A stretch of DNA of 64,000 bases from Bacteroidota bacterium (GTDB lineage: Bacteria; Bacteroidota; Rhodothermia; Rhodothermales; UBA10348), in the NCBI GenBank assembly GCA_029262775.1, contig JAJCYR010000091.1, positions 26,080 to 90,079 on the forward strand. The letters are read 5' to 3'. The notes under the pieces are model-generated. The model did not search any database. It had not been told where the DNA came from and was given only the letters and a program-made list of their open reading frames with translations. Shown piece by piece: positions 19,121 to 30,158 of this stretch. Position numbers and translations under genes: made by a program. Numbering within the stretch: the first letter of the stretch is position 1; each line of letters begins with the position of its first letter.

Positions 19121-21127
19121 ATGCGCATTCTTCTGTCCCTGACCGTTCTTGTTTTGTTCGCCGGGCGGCTGGCACCGGACCGCGCGGCACACGCTCAGAC
19201 CCCTTCCGGTCAGAGGGCCCTCGACCAGACCAGCTCCAGCCAGAATCCACCGGATGCAGCCGCCACATCGGCCGAGTCGCTGGCGCGGAGCCTGGTTCAT
19301 GTGCTCGACTACATGGCCGCCGACTACGCAGCAGCGGTGCAGAACGGCGAGGTCATCAACCAGGCCGAGTACGAGGAAATGCAAAATTTCGCGCAGTCGG
19401 CGGCCTCCCTGCTGGGTGACATGACGCGCATGGGTCTGATTGACGCGTCGCGTGCGCCGAACAATGTGGCATCGCCGAGCGACAGAATCGCTCAACTCTC
19501 GAGCCGAATCGACGAAAAAGCGGCCCCGGACGCGATAGCGGCGCTGGCGCGGGCTATCCGAAATGACATTCTGGCCCGGACCCATGTCCTCAGCATGCCC
19601 ACACAGTGGCCTGACTGGGCGCGCGGCGAGGCCATTTACGTTCAGCAATGCGCCGCGTGTCACGGTATCTCGGGCGCGGCAGACGGCCCAGCCGCAGCAA
19701 CTCTTAGCCCACCGCCAACCCTGTTCAGCAGCGGCGACCGAATTGCCTCTATATCGCCGTTCCAGGCGTACAATACCATCCGTCTTGGTGTTGAAGGTAC
19801 CTCCATGCCCGCCTTTCAGTCCCTATCGGACCAGGAAGTATGGGACGTTGCATTTTTTGTCAAATCACTTCAGCACGAATCCGGTACGGGCCGCATGCCT
19901 CCCGGCGACCTGCTCGGTGCAGTCGCCATGCTGGGAGATGGTGCGCTGAGCGACTCGCTCCGCCGCCGCGGCATCATGGATCCAGAGGATGCCGTTCACG
20001 CACTTCGCACGCATCGACCCGTCCAATTGTTTGAGACGGCCTTGGACCAAGCCGAGGCCCGGCTTGACAGCGCACTCGTGGCCTACACGGCGGGGCGCAC
20101 AAGCGACGCGCGTCAACTCGCACTCCGCTCCTATCTGGAAGGAATTGAACCTCTCGAGCCCGCTATTGGCGCGCGCGACGGCACGCTCCTCATTGAGATC
20201 GAAAATCGCATGACGGCCGTTCGAAACGACATCGAAAATGACGCTGGCGTAACGGCGCTCACCCACGCCGTAGACCGTGCCAAAGCCACCATTGAATCGG
20301 CCCGTACCACGCTTGCCGCCGAGAGCGGTGGATTCTGGTTTTCGTTTCTGGTCGCCGCTTCCATCCTGCTGCGCGAGGGACTGGAAGCGTTCTTGATCAT
20401 TCTGGCCATTTTGGGGGTCCTCCACGCCGCCGAACAGCGCCGCGCCTCCCGCTGGGTACACGGCGGATGGCTGGCGGCCGTAGCCGTAGGCATTGCCGGC
20501 TGGTTCCTGTCCGATCTGCTACTGGATTTCCAGGCCGCCCACCGCGAACTCATGGAAGGCGCCATTGCCCTCCTTGCGGTCGTCGTTCTCCTGTACATGG
20601 GCCTGTGGATGCACAGCATGACAGCTGCCCGCCGGTGGCAGGCCTTCGTTGAGGAGCGCATTATGCGCAAACTCGGGACGGGAAGCCTCTTCGGCCTGGC
20701 ATCGTTGGCTTTTTTTGCGGTCTTTCGAGAGGCTTTCGAATCGGTGCTGTTCCTCTCCGCCCTCTCGCTCGAAGCGGGCGACGGCACGAAAAGCGCCGTG
20801 GTCGGCGGGGCGCTTTCTGCCATGCTCGTCATCCTGATGTTGGCGCCACTCGCCCTGCATCATTCCCGGCGCCTGCCTATCCGTGATATATTCCGGTACT
20901 CTGCATTCGTACTCGGCTTACTGTGCGTCGTATTGGCGGGAAAAGGGATTCATGCACTCCAGGAGGCCGGTTTTCTACCCGTGACGGTGCTCGATACGTC
21001 GTTTCGCGTGGACCTCATAGGCCTGTACCCGAGCGGTGAAAGCCTGCTCGCACAAGGCGTAGTCGTTGTTATCCTGCTGGTCGGAATGTTTTCGTCCGGA
21101 GTCCTTTCTCGTCGAGCCGCATCCTGA
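19121..21127 (+). CDS. Cytochrome c / FTR1 family iron permease fusion
   Basis: Signal peptide; LDYMAADY; CAACHG heme motif and TSMPAF; REGLE and REAFE iron-permease motifs. Confidence 0.92.
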   Translation: MRILLSLTVLVLFAGRLAPDRAAHAQTPSGQRALDQTSSSQNPPDAAATSAESLARSLVHVLDYMAADYAAAVQNGEVINQAEYEEMQNFAQSAASLLGDMTRMGLIDASRAPNNVASPSDRIAQLSSRIDEKAAPDAIAALARAIRNDILARTHVLSMPTQWPDWARGEAIYVQQCAACHGISGAADGPAAATLSPPPTLFSSGDRIASISPFQAYNTIRLGVEGTSMPAFQSLSDQEVWDVAFFVKSLQHESGTGRMPPGDLLGAVAMLGDGALSDSLRRRGIMDPEDAVHALRTHRPVQLFETALDQAEARLDSALVAYTAGRTSDARQLALRSYLEGIEPLEPAIGARDGTLLIEIENRMTAVRNDIENDAGVTALTHAVDRAKATIESARTTLAAESGGFWFSFLVAASILLREGLEAFLIILAILGVLHAAEQRRASRWVHGGWLAAVAVGIAGWFLSDLLLDFQAAHRELMEGAIALLAVVVLLYMGLWMHSMTAARRWQAFVEERIMRKLGTGSLFGLASLAFFAVFREAFESVLFLSALSLEAGDGTKSAVVGGALSAMLVILMLAPLALHHSRRLPIRDIFRYSAFVLGLLCVVLAGKGIHALQEAGFLPVTVLDTSFRVDLIGLYPSGESLLAQGVVVVILLVGMFSSGVLSRRAAS

Positions 21128-21207
21128 CGCTGGTGGGCGGCTTGGTGGATATGTACCGAGCCGGGATACGTAGGAACCCGACGCGTCCCGTGCGTACATG
21201 CACGGCC

Positions 21208-22782
21208 ATGAGTAAAGAACAGATTCGACAGAGCGATCGTCGCCGCACATTCGGCATTATTTCCCACCCAGATGCCGGAAAAACCACGCTTACCGAGCAG
21301 CTTCTGCTCCTTGGTGGCCTCATCCGGGAGGCAGGGGATGTGCGGGCGCGCAAGACAGATCGGTACGCCACCAGCGATTGGATGGCCATCGAGAAAGAAC
21401 GGGGTATCTCGGTCACGTCTTCCGTCATGCAGTTTGAGCACCGCGGCCGCGTCGTGAACCTGCTCGACACGCCCGGTCACCATGACTTTTCGGAAGATAC
21501 CTATCGCGTTCTGACGGCTGTCGACAGCGCGCTCATGGTCATTGACAGCGTCAAGGGCGTCGAAACGCAGACCCATAAGCTCATGGAAATCTGCCGGATG
21601 CGCACGACCCCCATTCTCACGTTCATCAACAAAATGGACCGCGAGGGCCAGGGGCCGCTCGAGCTGTTGGATGACATTGAAACCTCTCTCAAAATTGACG
21701 CGGTGCCGCTCTCCTGGCCCATCGGCGCCGGAGCCCGGTTTCAAGGCACCTACGACCTGCAGCGCAAGGTACTGCACCTTGTTGACGAGGAGGACCCCAT
21801 CCCCATGCCCGATTTGTCCAGCAGCCAGCTCGACGCGCTCCTCGGCTCCGCCGCGAATGATCTCCGCTTCGATGCGGAACTCCTGCTGGAGGCCGGCACA
21901 GAATTTTCTGTAGATGCGTACCTCGCGGGAGAACAGACCCCCGTGCTCTTTGGCAGCGCCCTCGACGGATTTGGCGTCCCGCAACTGCTCGATACGTTCG
22001 TTGAGATTGCCCCGCCGCCGAGCAGGCGTCAAACGACAACACGGCCCGTATCGCCGCACGAGACCGCGCTCTCGGGCGTGGTGTTCAAAATCCAGGCCAA
22101 CATGGACCCGCGACACCGCGACCGGGTGGCATTTTTTCGCATATGCTCCGGCAAATACGAGCCCGGCATATGGGTACGCCATGGACGCACCGATCAGACC
22201 TTCCGGCTTGCGAATGCCATGGCCTTCATGGCCCAGGGGCGCGAGGGCACGGACGAGGCCTGGCCGGGCGATATCATCGGCATTCCCAACCACGGCACGC
22301 TCCGCATTGGCGATACGCTGACCGCGCAGGAACCCCTCCAATTCACAGGCATCCCGAGCTTTGCGCCCGAGCATTTCCAGAAAGCCCGCATCAAGAATGC
22401 ACTCCGCGCCAAGCATTTGGAGAAAGGACTCCAGCATCTGGTCGAAGAGGGCGCCATCCAGATGTTTCGTCCATTAGTGAACACGGATTACATACTGGGC
22501 GCTGTGGGGCCCCTCCAGTTCGAAGTCGTCCAGGAGCGGCTCAGGAGCGAATACAATGTGGAGGTGATCATGAGCGCCATGTCGTACGCCGGCGCGCGCT
22601 GGGTGGAGTCGAGTGATGAGGAAGCCCTGCGCGAGTTCACGCGCAAACAGGCCGGCAACCTGGCCCGGGATGTGGACGGTTCGCTGGTCTACATGGCCCC
22701 CTCCATGTGGTGGCTCAATGACACCGTCGAAAAGTGGAAGACGCTCACGTTCCGCAGCACAAAAGAGCACGTCTTCGACTGA
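21208..22782 (+). CDS. prfC: Peptide chain release factor 3
   Basis: [60 protein letters not shown]. Confidence 0.97.
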   Translation: MSKEQIRQSDRRRTFGIISHPDAGKTTLTEQLLLLGGLIREAGDVRARKTDRYATSDWMAIEKERGISVTSSVMQFEHRGRVVNLLDTPGHHDFSEDTYRVLTAVDSALMVIDSVKGVETQTHKLMEICRMRTTPILTFINKMDREGQGPLELLDDIETSLKIDAVPLSWPIGAGARFQGTYDLQRKVLHLVDEEDPIPMPDLSSSQLDALLGSAANDLRFDAELLLEAGTEFSVDAYLAGEQTPVLFGSALDGFGVPQLLDTFVEIAPPPSRRQTTTRPVSPHETALSGVVFKIQANMDPRHRDRVAFFRICSGKYEPGIWVRHGRTDQTFRLANAMAFMAQGREGTDEAWPGDIIGIPNHGTLRIGDTLTAQEPLQFTGIPSFAPEHFQKARIKNALRAKHLEKGLQHLVEEGAIQMFRPLVNTDYILGAVGPLQFEVVQERLRSEYNVEVIMSAMSYAGARWVESSDEEALREFTRKQAGNLARDVDGSLVYMAPSMWWLNDTVEKWKTLTFRSTKEHVFD

Positions 22783-22906
22783 GCCGCGCCGGGGTTTCCC
22801 CTACGCCAAACAGAGGGCAACAAGCCCACGGTCCGGTCGTTTGCCGCTGTATTCGGAGTTTTTACTCTACAATGACAATTCTTCGGGGCGATACGGTGCC
22901 AAGTCC

Positions 22907-24358
22907 ATGATCAACTTACCTTCCATCATCCAGGGCGGCATGGGTGTGGGCGTTTCGAACTGGCAACTGGCGGCGGCTGTGGCCCGCCGGGGGCAATTGG
23001 GTGTGGTCTCCGGGACGGCGATCAGTCACGTGGTGGCCAATCGCCTCTTCGAAGGGGACCCGGCGGGCCACATACGGTCCGCCCTCGCGGAATTCCCGTT
23101 TCAGGAGTCGGCGCGCCGTATGATTTCACGCTGGTTCCGCGAGGGCGGACCGCAACCCGGTGAGCAGCTTCCCTCGCACCCCATCTACTCCATTACGCCA
23201 CCCCGCTTTCTGGATCAGATTACGGCCATGTCGAATTTCGTGGAAGTGCATCTGGCGCGACGGGGCCACTCTGGACAGGTCGGACTCAATTTGCTCGAGA
23301 AAATCCAGCTCCCCACGCTCGCATCGCTCTATGGCGCCATGCTGGCGGGTGTAGACTGGGTGCTGATGGGGGCCGGTATTCCGACCCAGGTCGCGGGCCT
23401 CCTGGACAAGCTCTCGCGCCACGAAGCCGTATCGTACCGCCTCGACGTAAAGGGGGCCAAGCCGGGCCCGCGGGAAGAGGCCATATCCATATCCTTCGAC
23501 CCGGAGCGCATTTTTCCAGGCATTGCCGCGCGCCTTGGCCCCCTCAAGCGGCCGCGCTTCGTGCCCATCGTGAGTTCGGTGGTTCTGGCCTCCGCGCTCA
23601 TCAAGAGGAGCGAAGGCGAAGTGGACGGATTCGTAGTGGAACTCCCCGTCGCAGGCGGTCACAACGCCCCGCCGCGGGGGAAAATGACCCTGAGCGAAGA
23701 CGGTGAGCCCATCTACGGGCCCAAGGATGAGGTGGAACTCGACGGCATGCGGGCACTCGGCAAGCCCTTCTGGCTTGCGGGCGGCTACGGCCGAGCCGGA
23801 GCACTCACGGCCGCGCAAACGACCGGCGCCACAGGCATTCAGGTAGGCACAGCCTTCGCGCTGTGCCACGAATCGGGCATCCGGAAAGAACTGCGGATGG
23901 AACTGCTCGAGCGGGTGGCGAGGGGCGAGGCGGACATGAAAACGAGCCCCGTCGCATCGCCCACGGGATTTCCCTTCAAGGTGGCGCAGCTTGCGGGGAC
24001 CATGTCCGATGAGGCCGTTTACGAGGCGCGACCCCGGCTGTGCGATGTGGGCATGCTGCGGACACTCGTCCAGGATGACGACGGAAACGTCGCATACCGA
24101 TGCGCCGCTGAACCGGTCGAGGACTACGTGGCCAAGGGTGGCCGCACGGAAGACACCGAGGGGCGGCGCTGCCTGTGCAACAACCTGCTGTCGACGGCTG
24201 GTGTCGTCAAGGTGCAGAAAAACGGGTATGTGGAAGCGCCCATTGTGACCATAGGAGACGACTTCCCGCTGGTGCGCCAGTTCCAGACCGGGGAGCAGCA
24301 GACTGGGGAGCAGCTGTCCTACTCGGCAGGTGACGTGCTGCGTGTGCTGCTGGCATGA
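22907..24358 (+). CDS. Nitronate monooxygenase / FabK-like flavoenzyme with C-terminal Cys cluster
   Basis: IIQGGMGVGVS, MGAGIP, AGGHNAPPRG, GIQVGTAF, SPTGFPFK; C-terminal C..C..CLC. Confidence 0.85.
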   Translation: MINLPSIIQGGMGVGVSNWQLAAAVARRGQLGVVSGTAISHVVANRLFEGDPAGHIRSALAEFPFQESARRMISRWFREGGPQPGEQLPSHPIYSITPPRFLDQITAMSNFVEVHLARRGHSGQVGLNLLEKIQLPTLASLYGAMLAGVDWVLMGAGIPTQVAGLLDKLSRHEAVSYRLDVKGAKPGPREEAISISFDPERIFPGIAARLGPLKRPRFVPIVSSVVLASALIKRSEGEVDGFVVELPVAGGHNAPPRGKMTLSEDGEPIYGPKDEVELDGMRALGKPFWLAGGYGRAGALTAAQTTGATGIQVGTAFALCHESGIRKELRMELLERVARGEADMKTSPVASPTGFPFKVAQLAGTMSDEAVYEARPRLCDVGMLRTLVQDDDGNVAYRCAAEPVEDYVAKGGRTEDTEGRRCLCNNLLSTAGVVKVQKNGYVEAPIVTIGDDFPLVRQFQTGEQQTGEQLSYSAGDVLRVLLA

Positions 24359-24429
24359 AGTTGGTGCTCCTGTGCACGCATTCGGCCTGGCGGCGGAACC
24401 ATGGGGGGCCGATGGAATAGGCGGCTTTC

Positions 24430-24999
24430 ATGTCGCAGACCACTGTACATTTCGATTCCGGAACCGAGCCCTCCATGGCTGGCAAATTCGTCGCTGCGTG
24501 GGGTCTTTTGGGGTTTGCACTCCTACTTGCCCGCGGCATTTGGCGCCTGTGGCCCATGGCAGCCGGGGCGACATTCGAGGAATTCAGCGCGTGGCACTGG
24601 GCAGCGGTAGGGGCAAGTCTCATTGCATTTGGCTACGGAGAAGGGTACCGGGCCATCCACCGCAAGGTCATACCGAGACTGCGTAGACGCGCCGTTCAAC
24701 TGGCCGTGGGTGAGGGCCTGGGCGAGGGTTCGGGGCGCGGCGAGGGCTCGAGGCGCGGCGGCGCGCACGTCATCTACAGCCTCCTTGCCCCGCTCTACTG
24801 CATGGGGCTCCTCGGCGCCGAGCGCCACCTCCTGGCCCGCAGTTGGGGAATGGTCACGGCTATCGTACTCATGATTCTGGGCATGCGGTTTGTCCCCGCT
24901 CCGTGGCGGGAAATTATCCTCATTGGTGTCAGCGCGGCCCTTGTGTGGGCGCTCCTCGCGACACTCGTCGAGACCGCTCGCATGCTTCGGGATATGTAA
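24430..24999 (+). CDS. Hypothetical membrane protein
   Basis: Four to five hydrophobic segments; co-oriented after the NMO-like gene. Confidence 0.65.
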   Translation: MSQTTVHFDSGTEPSMAGKFVAAWGLLGFALLLARGIWRLWPMAAGATFEEFSAWHWAAVGASLIAFGYGEGYRAIHRKVIPRLRRRAVQLAVGEGLGEGSGRGEGSRRGGAHVIYSLLAPLYCMGLLGAERHLLARSWGMVTAIVLMILGMRFVPAPWREIILIGVSAALVWALLATLVETARMLRDM

Positions 25000-25070
25000 C
25001 TCTTATTGTTACACTTTTAATATCATCCCGGAGCCTGCCGATAACGGCGGAACACACCACCAATCACACC

Positions 25071-25577
25071 ATGTTTTACCCCAAGACCACCATTGCCATG
25101 GTGCTTCTTGCGGGTATTCTCGGATACCGCGCCCTGCCACGACCCGTGGCCGAAGCGTGGATCCTGGACCCCTCTGCCCGTGTGCTCGCACACGCGAACA
25201 GGACCGTACAGCACACGCGTTGGGCGTGGCTCGAATACCGGGCTGGCAGCGGCGATGCATGTGCGCTCGTCATGACGGGCCTCCAGCAGCTGTCTCCCCC
25301 GCCTCCCGATCTGTTTTTAGGCAGGTTCATCGCGCGCCGCGTTGAACAACGTCCGGAACGGGCGCGCCTCGCCGACCCGGTGTGGCTCACAGGCGTGGAC
25401 CGCTCACCAGCCGCTGGCCTCAAGCGCATTCGGCGCGGTCTGAGTAGGAACCATGCACATACAGGCGCAGCGGGCGCCACCGCGGCAGACGCGCCTATAG
25501 ATTCTGCGGCATGTTCGGGCGTGGCCATCCCGGATTGGGTCCTCGCGGCCGCCAAAGGCGACGTACCCTTGCCATAA
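25071..25577 (+). CDS. Hypothetical exported protein
   Basis: Hydrophobic N-terminus from ATG 25071; fills an otherwise empty gap; no recognised family. Confidence 0.4.
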   Translation: MFYPKTTIAMVLLAGILGYRALPRPVAEAWILDPSARVLAHANRTVQHTRWAWLEYRAGSGDACALVMTGLQQLSPPPPDLFLGRFIARRVEQRPERARLADPVWLTGVDRSPAAGLKRIRRGLSRNHAHTGAAGATAADAPIDSAACSGVAIPDWVLAAAKGDVPLP

Positions 25578-25654
25578 CATGGAAGGCCACTGCCGGGCAG
25601 GTATTCCTGCGGCTGCCGTATACTCGGGTTTCACCACCACCCCGAGCCTCACCC

Positions 25655-28600
25655 ATGTACCCGATTCTCCGAGAGCGTGCACGCGCGGCATGCGGCGTGC
25701 TCGCAGCCGTTCTGCAGCCTCTCAGCGCCTGTCTCCTGTCCACTGCCTGCCTCCTCGCCCTTGCCCTTGCCACCAACCCGGCGCACGCCCAGGTCGACAC
25801 GCCCCCCGACCTGCCGTCTGTCAACGTCGCCGAGGCCCCCTCCATCCGCATGGATAACCTGGACTTGACCGATGGCATAGGTCAAGGCACGATATACCAG
25901 ATCACGCAGGATAGCAAGGGCTTTCTCTGGTTCGGGACCCAGGGAGGGCTGCACCGCTACGACGGGCACGAATTCAAGATTTACGAACCTGTCGCCTTCG
26001 ACACCACCTCTATCGGAAACGGGTGGGTGTGGGGCGTCAATGAATCGAAAGATGGCAGCATGTGGGCGGCTACTCTGACGGGATTGTCTCGTCTCGACCC
26101 TGAAACCGGGCATTTTGAGAATTTTGTCCACGATCCGGCCGATTCCACAAGTTTGGCATCCGGCATCGTGTTCGCCAGCCTCGAGGCCAGCGACGGCACC
26201 ATATGGGTGGCTTCCGACGACGGTCTGAGCCGACTGGATGCGGCGCGCACCGGTGTATTCGAGCGGTTCGAGCCCGTGGCTGGCGATTCCACCAGCCTCC
26301 CGGGATCCAGCTATTTCTTCCTGCGCGAAGGTCCTGACGGTACCATCTGGGTCAGCACGGACGACGGGCTCGCTGGCGTGAACCCGGCGACAGGCGCTAT
26401 CCGCCGGTATTTCTCGACCGGCCAGGTGCAGGGTAATTCCGCGCCGCAGGTGGTCTATGGAAGCGCGTCGGATGCTCGCGACGAACAGTTTTTCTGGTAC
26501 GGACTGGGCCGAGGGCTTATGCGTTTTGACTCTCACACGGGCGAACGCACCGTTTGGGTCCCGTATCCCGATGAACCCCTTTTCAGTGAATTGAACGTGG
26601 TTTTGACCATCACAAACGATCCACTCAGCGACGACGTCCTGTGGATCGGCACAAGCGGAGGTGGACTTCTTCGCTTCGACACCGTATCGAAAACGTTCAG
26701 CACATACAACCATGACCCGGAGGACCCGAATTCGATCGCGTCGGATATGGCGAATACGGTGTTTGCCGACCACTCTGGCACGGTCTGGGTCGGCTACGGC
26801 AACAAGGGGCTGGGCAAGTTCAATCCGACATCCGTCAGTATAGCCCACATTCGGAACGATCCTGAAAACGCCGACACACCCGTAGCCGATGGGAGTATCT
26901 GGGCCATGCTCGAAGCACGTGGCAACCTCTGGACGGGCGTCTCATCGAATGCCGGCAAGCATATCCTTACGCGCTACCATCTCTCGTCGGGAGAAGCCCG
27001 GCGCATCACGGCTGACCCAAATAACGACTTGACCTTTTGGCCGGGCACCATCCAATCTCTCATGGTTTCTGAATCCGGACAACTGTGGGTGGGGACATCG
27101 GGCGTCAGTGCATGCAACCCGGCAACGTTGATCTGCCGCCGCCTGCCGCGCTCCCGTACCGATTCTACGCAAATCGACGGGAGCTCCGTTCATGCGCTCT
27201 TCGAGGCGGCTGACGAGCCCGGTACCATCTGGGTCGGCAATTTTGGAGGGCTGCACCGCTTGGATGCCACAACGGGCACGGTGCGCCGCTTTGCTACGCC
27301 CACGCTGGACCCGGCGCTCACCATGATACCGGCGCATATCATTCTTGGCAGTGACGGGGCGCTCTGGATATCTACTCTCGGATCCGGGATCTCCCGGTTC
27401 GAGCGCGAGGCGGAAACGTTCGAACACTATCCGTACAATGTCCGCGACACGACAACGATCGCCAACAACCACGCGGAAGTCATCCTCGAGCGCGCCGTCG
27501 AGCCGGGCATTCTGTGGGTTGGCACGATGGGGGGCCTGGATCGTTTCAACATGAATACGCGCACGGTGGAGCGCCATTTCAATGAGCAGGCGGGGCTTGC
27601 CAACAATCACATCTATGGCATGCTGGAAGATAATAATGGCATGCTTTGGATCACGTCCAACCGGGGTGTTTCCATGTTCAATCCCGACACGGGGGCTTTC
27701 CGGAACTACGGTACCGAGGATGGTTTGCGCGAGTTGGAGTTCATGCAGAATGCGTTCACGAAAGGGAGCGGCGGCATGCTCTACTTCGGGGATGTGCGTG
27801 GCATCACGGCTTTCGTACCGGAGCGATTGACCACCAACGGCGTAGCTCCCCCGGTCGCCTTCACGGCGCTCCGCGTGAATGGCGAGGAGCAGGAACTGGT
27901 TGCTGCACTCGAGATCCCGTACGCCCGGAACAGTTTTTCTGTAGATTTTGTGGCACTGCATTTCACGAATCCGACCCGAAACACGTTCTCCTATCAGTTG
28001 GAGGGGTATAGTGACGACTGGGTGAACGCCGGTACGCAGCGCACGGCCGCCTATACGAACCTCCCACCCGGAGAGTATACACTGCGCGTCAAAGCAGCCA
28101 ATTCCGACGGCATATGGAATACTACCGGCATTTCCATGGATGTCTCGGTGCTTCCCCCATGGTACCGCTCAGCGTGGGGGTATCTGCTTTTTGCGGCACT
28201 TCTGATTGGTATCGTTGCCGGGGGCGCGCGCGTGCAGCACGCGCGTGTCGTAAAGCGCGAACGCACCCGCTCGGAAATCAAAGAAATCGGGCTTCGGGCC
28301 GAGGCGGCCGAGTCAGAAGCCAAGGCCCTGCAGGCAGAGAATGCGCGCCGCAGGAATATTGAGCGGCTGTCCGAAATTGGCAAGGAAATTACGTCATCAC
28401 TCGATTTTGAAACGATTTTCGGTCGGCTCTACATGCATGTAAATGAACTCACCAACGCTCCCATTTTTGGCGTAGGCATTTACAATGAGAAAGAAGCCCT
28501 GCTCGACTACCGCATGGCCATCGAGGACGGCAAACGCTATGCTCCCTACACACGCGATATGCGCGACGTGAACCAGTTTCCGGTCTGGTGTATTTCGCAT

Positions 28601-29683
28601 CGCGAGCCAGTCTTCATCAACGACATCGAGAGCGAGTACAGCAAATACCTCGATTCGCTCGAGACCACGAGTGGCACGCTTGAAGACGGATCGGTGAGCC
28701 GCCAGCCGCTATCGCTGATTTACCTGCCGCTGACGACACAGGACCGCGTCCTGGGCGTCATCACGGTTCAGAGCTTCAAGCGGAATGCATACACGGAAGA
28801 CGACTTGAACCTACTCAAAACCATGGCGGCCTATGCATCGGTCGCGCTCGACAACGCGAACGCCTACCGGCAATTGAATACGACCGTCGAGGAGCTCAAA
28901 CAGACCCAGCAGCAATTGGTGCAGCAGGAAAAAATGGCATCTCTTGGGCAGCTCACGGCGGGTATTGCCCACGAGATCAAGAATCCGCTCAATTTTGTGA
29001 CGAACTTCGCCGACGTGAACGCCGAGTTGGCATCGGAACTCAGGGAGCTTTTCGACGCCAACGATGGGGAGCGTCTGGCGAGCGTGCGCGCCGAGATCGA
29101 GGACCTGGTGTCCGGGCTGCATCTCAACGCCAAGCAGATTTCCAAGCATGGAAAACGAGCCGATTCCATTGTGCGGGGCATGATGGAGCATGCCCGTCAG
29201 GGCGATTCAGAGCGGTTCGATGTGTCCATCAACGGATTCGTGGAGGAGTACGTGAACCTGGCCTGGCATGGCTACCGCGCCCGCTTCCAGGACCTGCAGG
29301 TGGACGTCAATACGTCGTTTGGCCAGGAGGTTGAAAACGCCCGGATATCCCCGCAGGATATGGGACGCGTGCTGATCAACCTCGTGGGAAACGCGCTCGA
29401 TGTCGTTCGCCCGCTCAAGAACGGAATGCTGTCGGTCGCGACGCGGCGTCTCGATGATCACGTGGAAATACGGGTCTCCGACAACGGACCGGGCGTCCCG
29501 GAGCACCTTCGAAGCCGAATATTCGAGCCTTTTTTCACGACGAAGCCTACGGGCGAAGGAACAGGGCTCGGGCTGAGCATGTCTCATGAGATTGTCACAC
29601 AGGGCCACGGCGGCACGTTGACGCTCGAAGACACGCCCGGCGGTGGCGCCACATTCGTGATTACGCTTCCCCTTTCCGGTTGA
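25655..29683 (+). CDS. Sensor histidine kinase: Reg_prop beta-propellers, Y_Y_Y, TM, GAF, HisKA, HATPase_c
   Basis: QDSKGFLWFGTQGGL repeats, YTNLPPGEY, PPWY, GAF, EKMASLGQLTAGIAHEIKNPLN, DNGPG...FFTTK..GEGTGLGL. Confidence 0.93.
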   Translation: MYPILRERARAACGVLAAVLQPLSACLLSTACLLALALATNPAHAQVDTPPDLPSVNVAEAPSIRMDNLDLTDGIGQGTIYQITQDSKGFLWFGTQGGLHRYDGHEFKIYEPVAFDTTSIGNGWVWGVNESKDGSMWAATLTGLSRLDPETGHFENFVHDPADSTSLASGIVFASLEASDGTIWVASDDGLSRLDAARTGVFERFEPVAGDSTSLPGSSYFFLREGPDGTIWVSTDDGLAGVNPATGAIRRYFSTGQVQGNSAPQVVYGSASDARDEQFFWYGLGRGLMRFDSHTGERTVWVPYPDEPLFSELNVVLTITNDPLSDDVLWIGTSGGGLLRFDTVSKTFSTYNHDPEDPNSIASDMANTVFADHSGTVWVGYGNKGLGKFNPTSVSIAHIRNDPENADTPVADGSIWAMLEARGNLWTGVSSNAGKHILTRYHLSSGEARRITADPNNDLTFWPGTIQSLMVSESGQLWVGTSGVSACNPATLICRRLPRSRTDSTQIDGSSVHALFEAADEPGTIWVGNFGGLHRLDATTGTVRRFATPTLDPALTMIPAHIILGSDGALWISTLGSGISRFEREAETFEHYPYNVRDTTTIANNHAEVILERAVEPGILWVGTMGGLDRFNMNTRTVERHFNEQAGLANNHIYGMLEDNNGMLWITSNRGVSMFNPDTGAFRNYGTEDGLRELEFMQNAFTKGSGGMLYFGDVRGITAFVPERLTTNGVAPPVAFTALRVNGEEQELVAALEIPYARNSFSVDFVALHFTNPTRNTFSYQLEGYSDDWVNAGTQRTAAYTNLPPGEYTLRVKAANSDGIWNTTGISMDVSVLPPWYRSAWGYLLFAALLIGIVAGGARVQHARVVKRERTRSEIKEIGLRAEAAESEAKALQAENARRRNIERLSEIGKEITSSLDFETIFGRLYMHVNELTNAPIFGVGIYNEKEALLDYRMAIEDGKRYAPYTRDMRDVNQFPVWCISHREPVFINDIESEYSKYLDSLETTSGTLEDGSVSRQPLSLIYLPLTTQDRVLGVITVQSFKRNAYTEDDLNLLKTMAAYASVALDNANAYRQLNTTVEELKQTQQQLVQQEKMASLGQLTAGIAHEIKNPLNFVTNFADVNAELASELRELFDANDGERLASVRAEIEDLVSGLHLNAKQISKHGKRADSIVRGMMEHARQGDSERFDVSINGFVEEYVNLAWHGYRARFQDLQVDVNTSFGQEVENARISPQDMGRVLINLVGNALDVVRPLKNGMLSVATRRLDDHVEIRVSDNGPGVPEHLRSRIFEPFFTTKPTGEGTGLGLSMSHEIVTQGHGGTLTLEDTPGGGATFVITLPLSG

Positions 29684-30146
29684 GACCGCTCCGGATGGCG
29701 TCAGCGGACTGGATACGTGGCCACACGGCGCGGACGAGCACCCCGATGCCCGCCATCTGAAGCGCCATTCCGGCCACTCGGAAACCATTCAGGAGCTCGT
29801 CCGCGCCGGGCTCTCCTGCCACAAGCGGTGCGGCGGCAACGACGACGACACCCAGATTGAGCGCCGCCGTGGCCGAGAGGAGGATCGCTTTCCCCAGTCC
29901 TGCGCGTCGCCGGTTCCGCGGAAGGATCCAGAGTGCTACGCCGAGCGCGAGTTGGATCATAAAGCCCGTCAGCATGATCCAGGCATGGGAGGGGCGAAGC
30001 ATCCAGATGCCGCTCCAGTCGCCGCCGGAAAGCCAGTTGCCACTGGCCAGACCGGAGCGCTCGAAGAGCATGGCTACTCCGAGCAGTACGCCGGTCATGA
30101 ACCACAGGAGTGCGCATCGCACAAGCAAAACACTATGCTGTGGCAT
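29661..30146 (-). CDS. Small 4-TM heme-copper-oxidase-homology membrane protein
   Basis: HAWIMLTGFMIQLALGVALWILPR motif; paralog of the adjacent gene; in the nirK operon. Confidence 0.7.
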   Translation of the reverse strand: MPQHSVLLVRCALLWFMTGVLLGVAMLFERSGLASGNWLSGGDWSGIWMLRPSHAWIMLTGFMIQLALGVALWILPRNRRRAGLGKAILLSATAALNLGVVVVAAAPLVAGEPGADELLNGFRVAGMALQMAGIGVLVRAVWPRIQSADAIRSGLNRKGEA

Positions 30147-30158
30147 GGCGGGAAGGCG

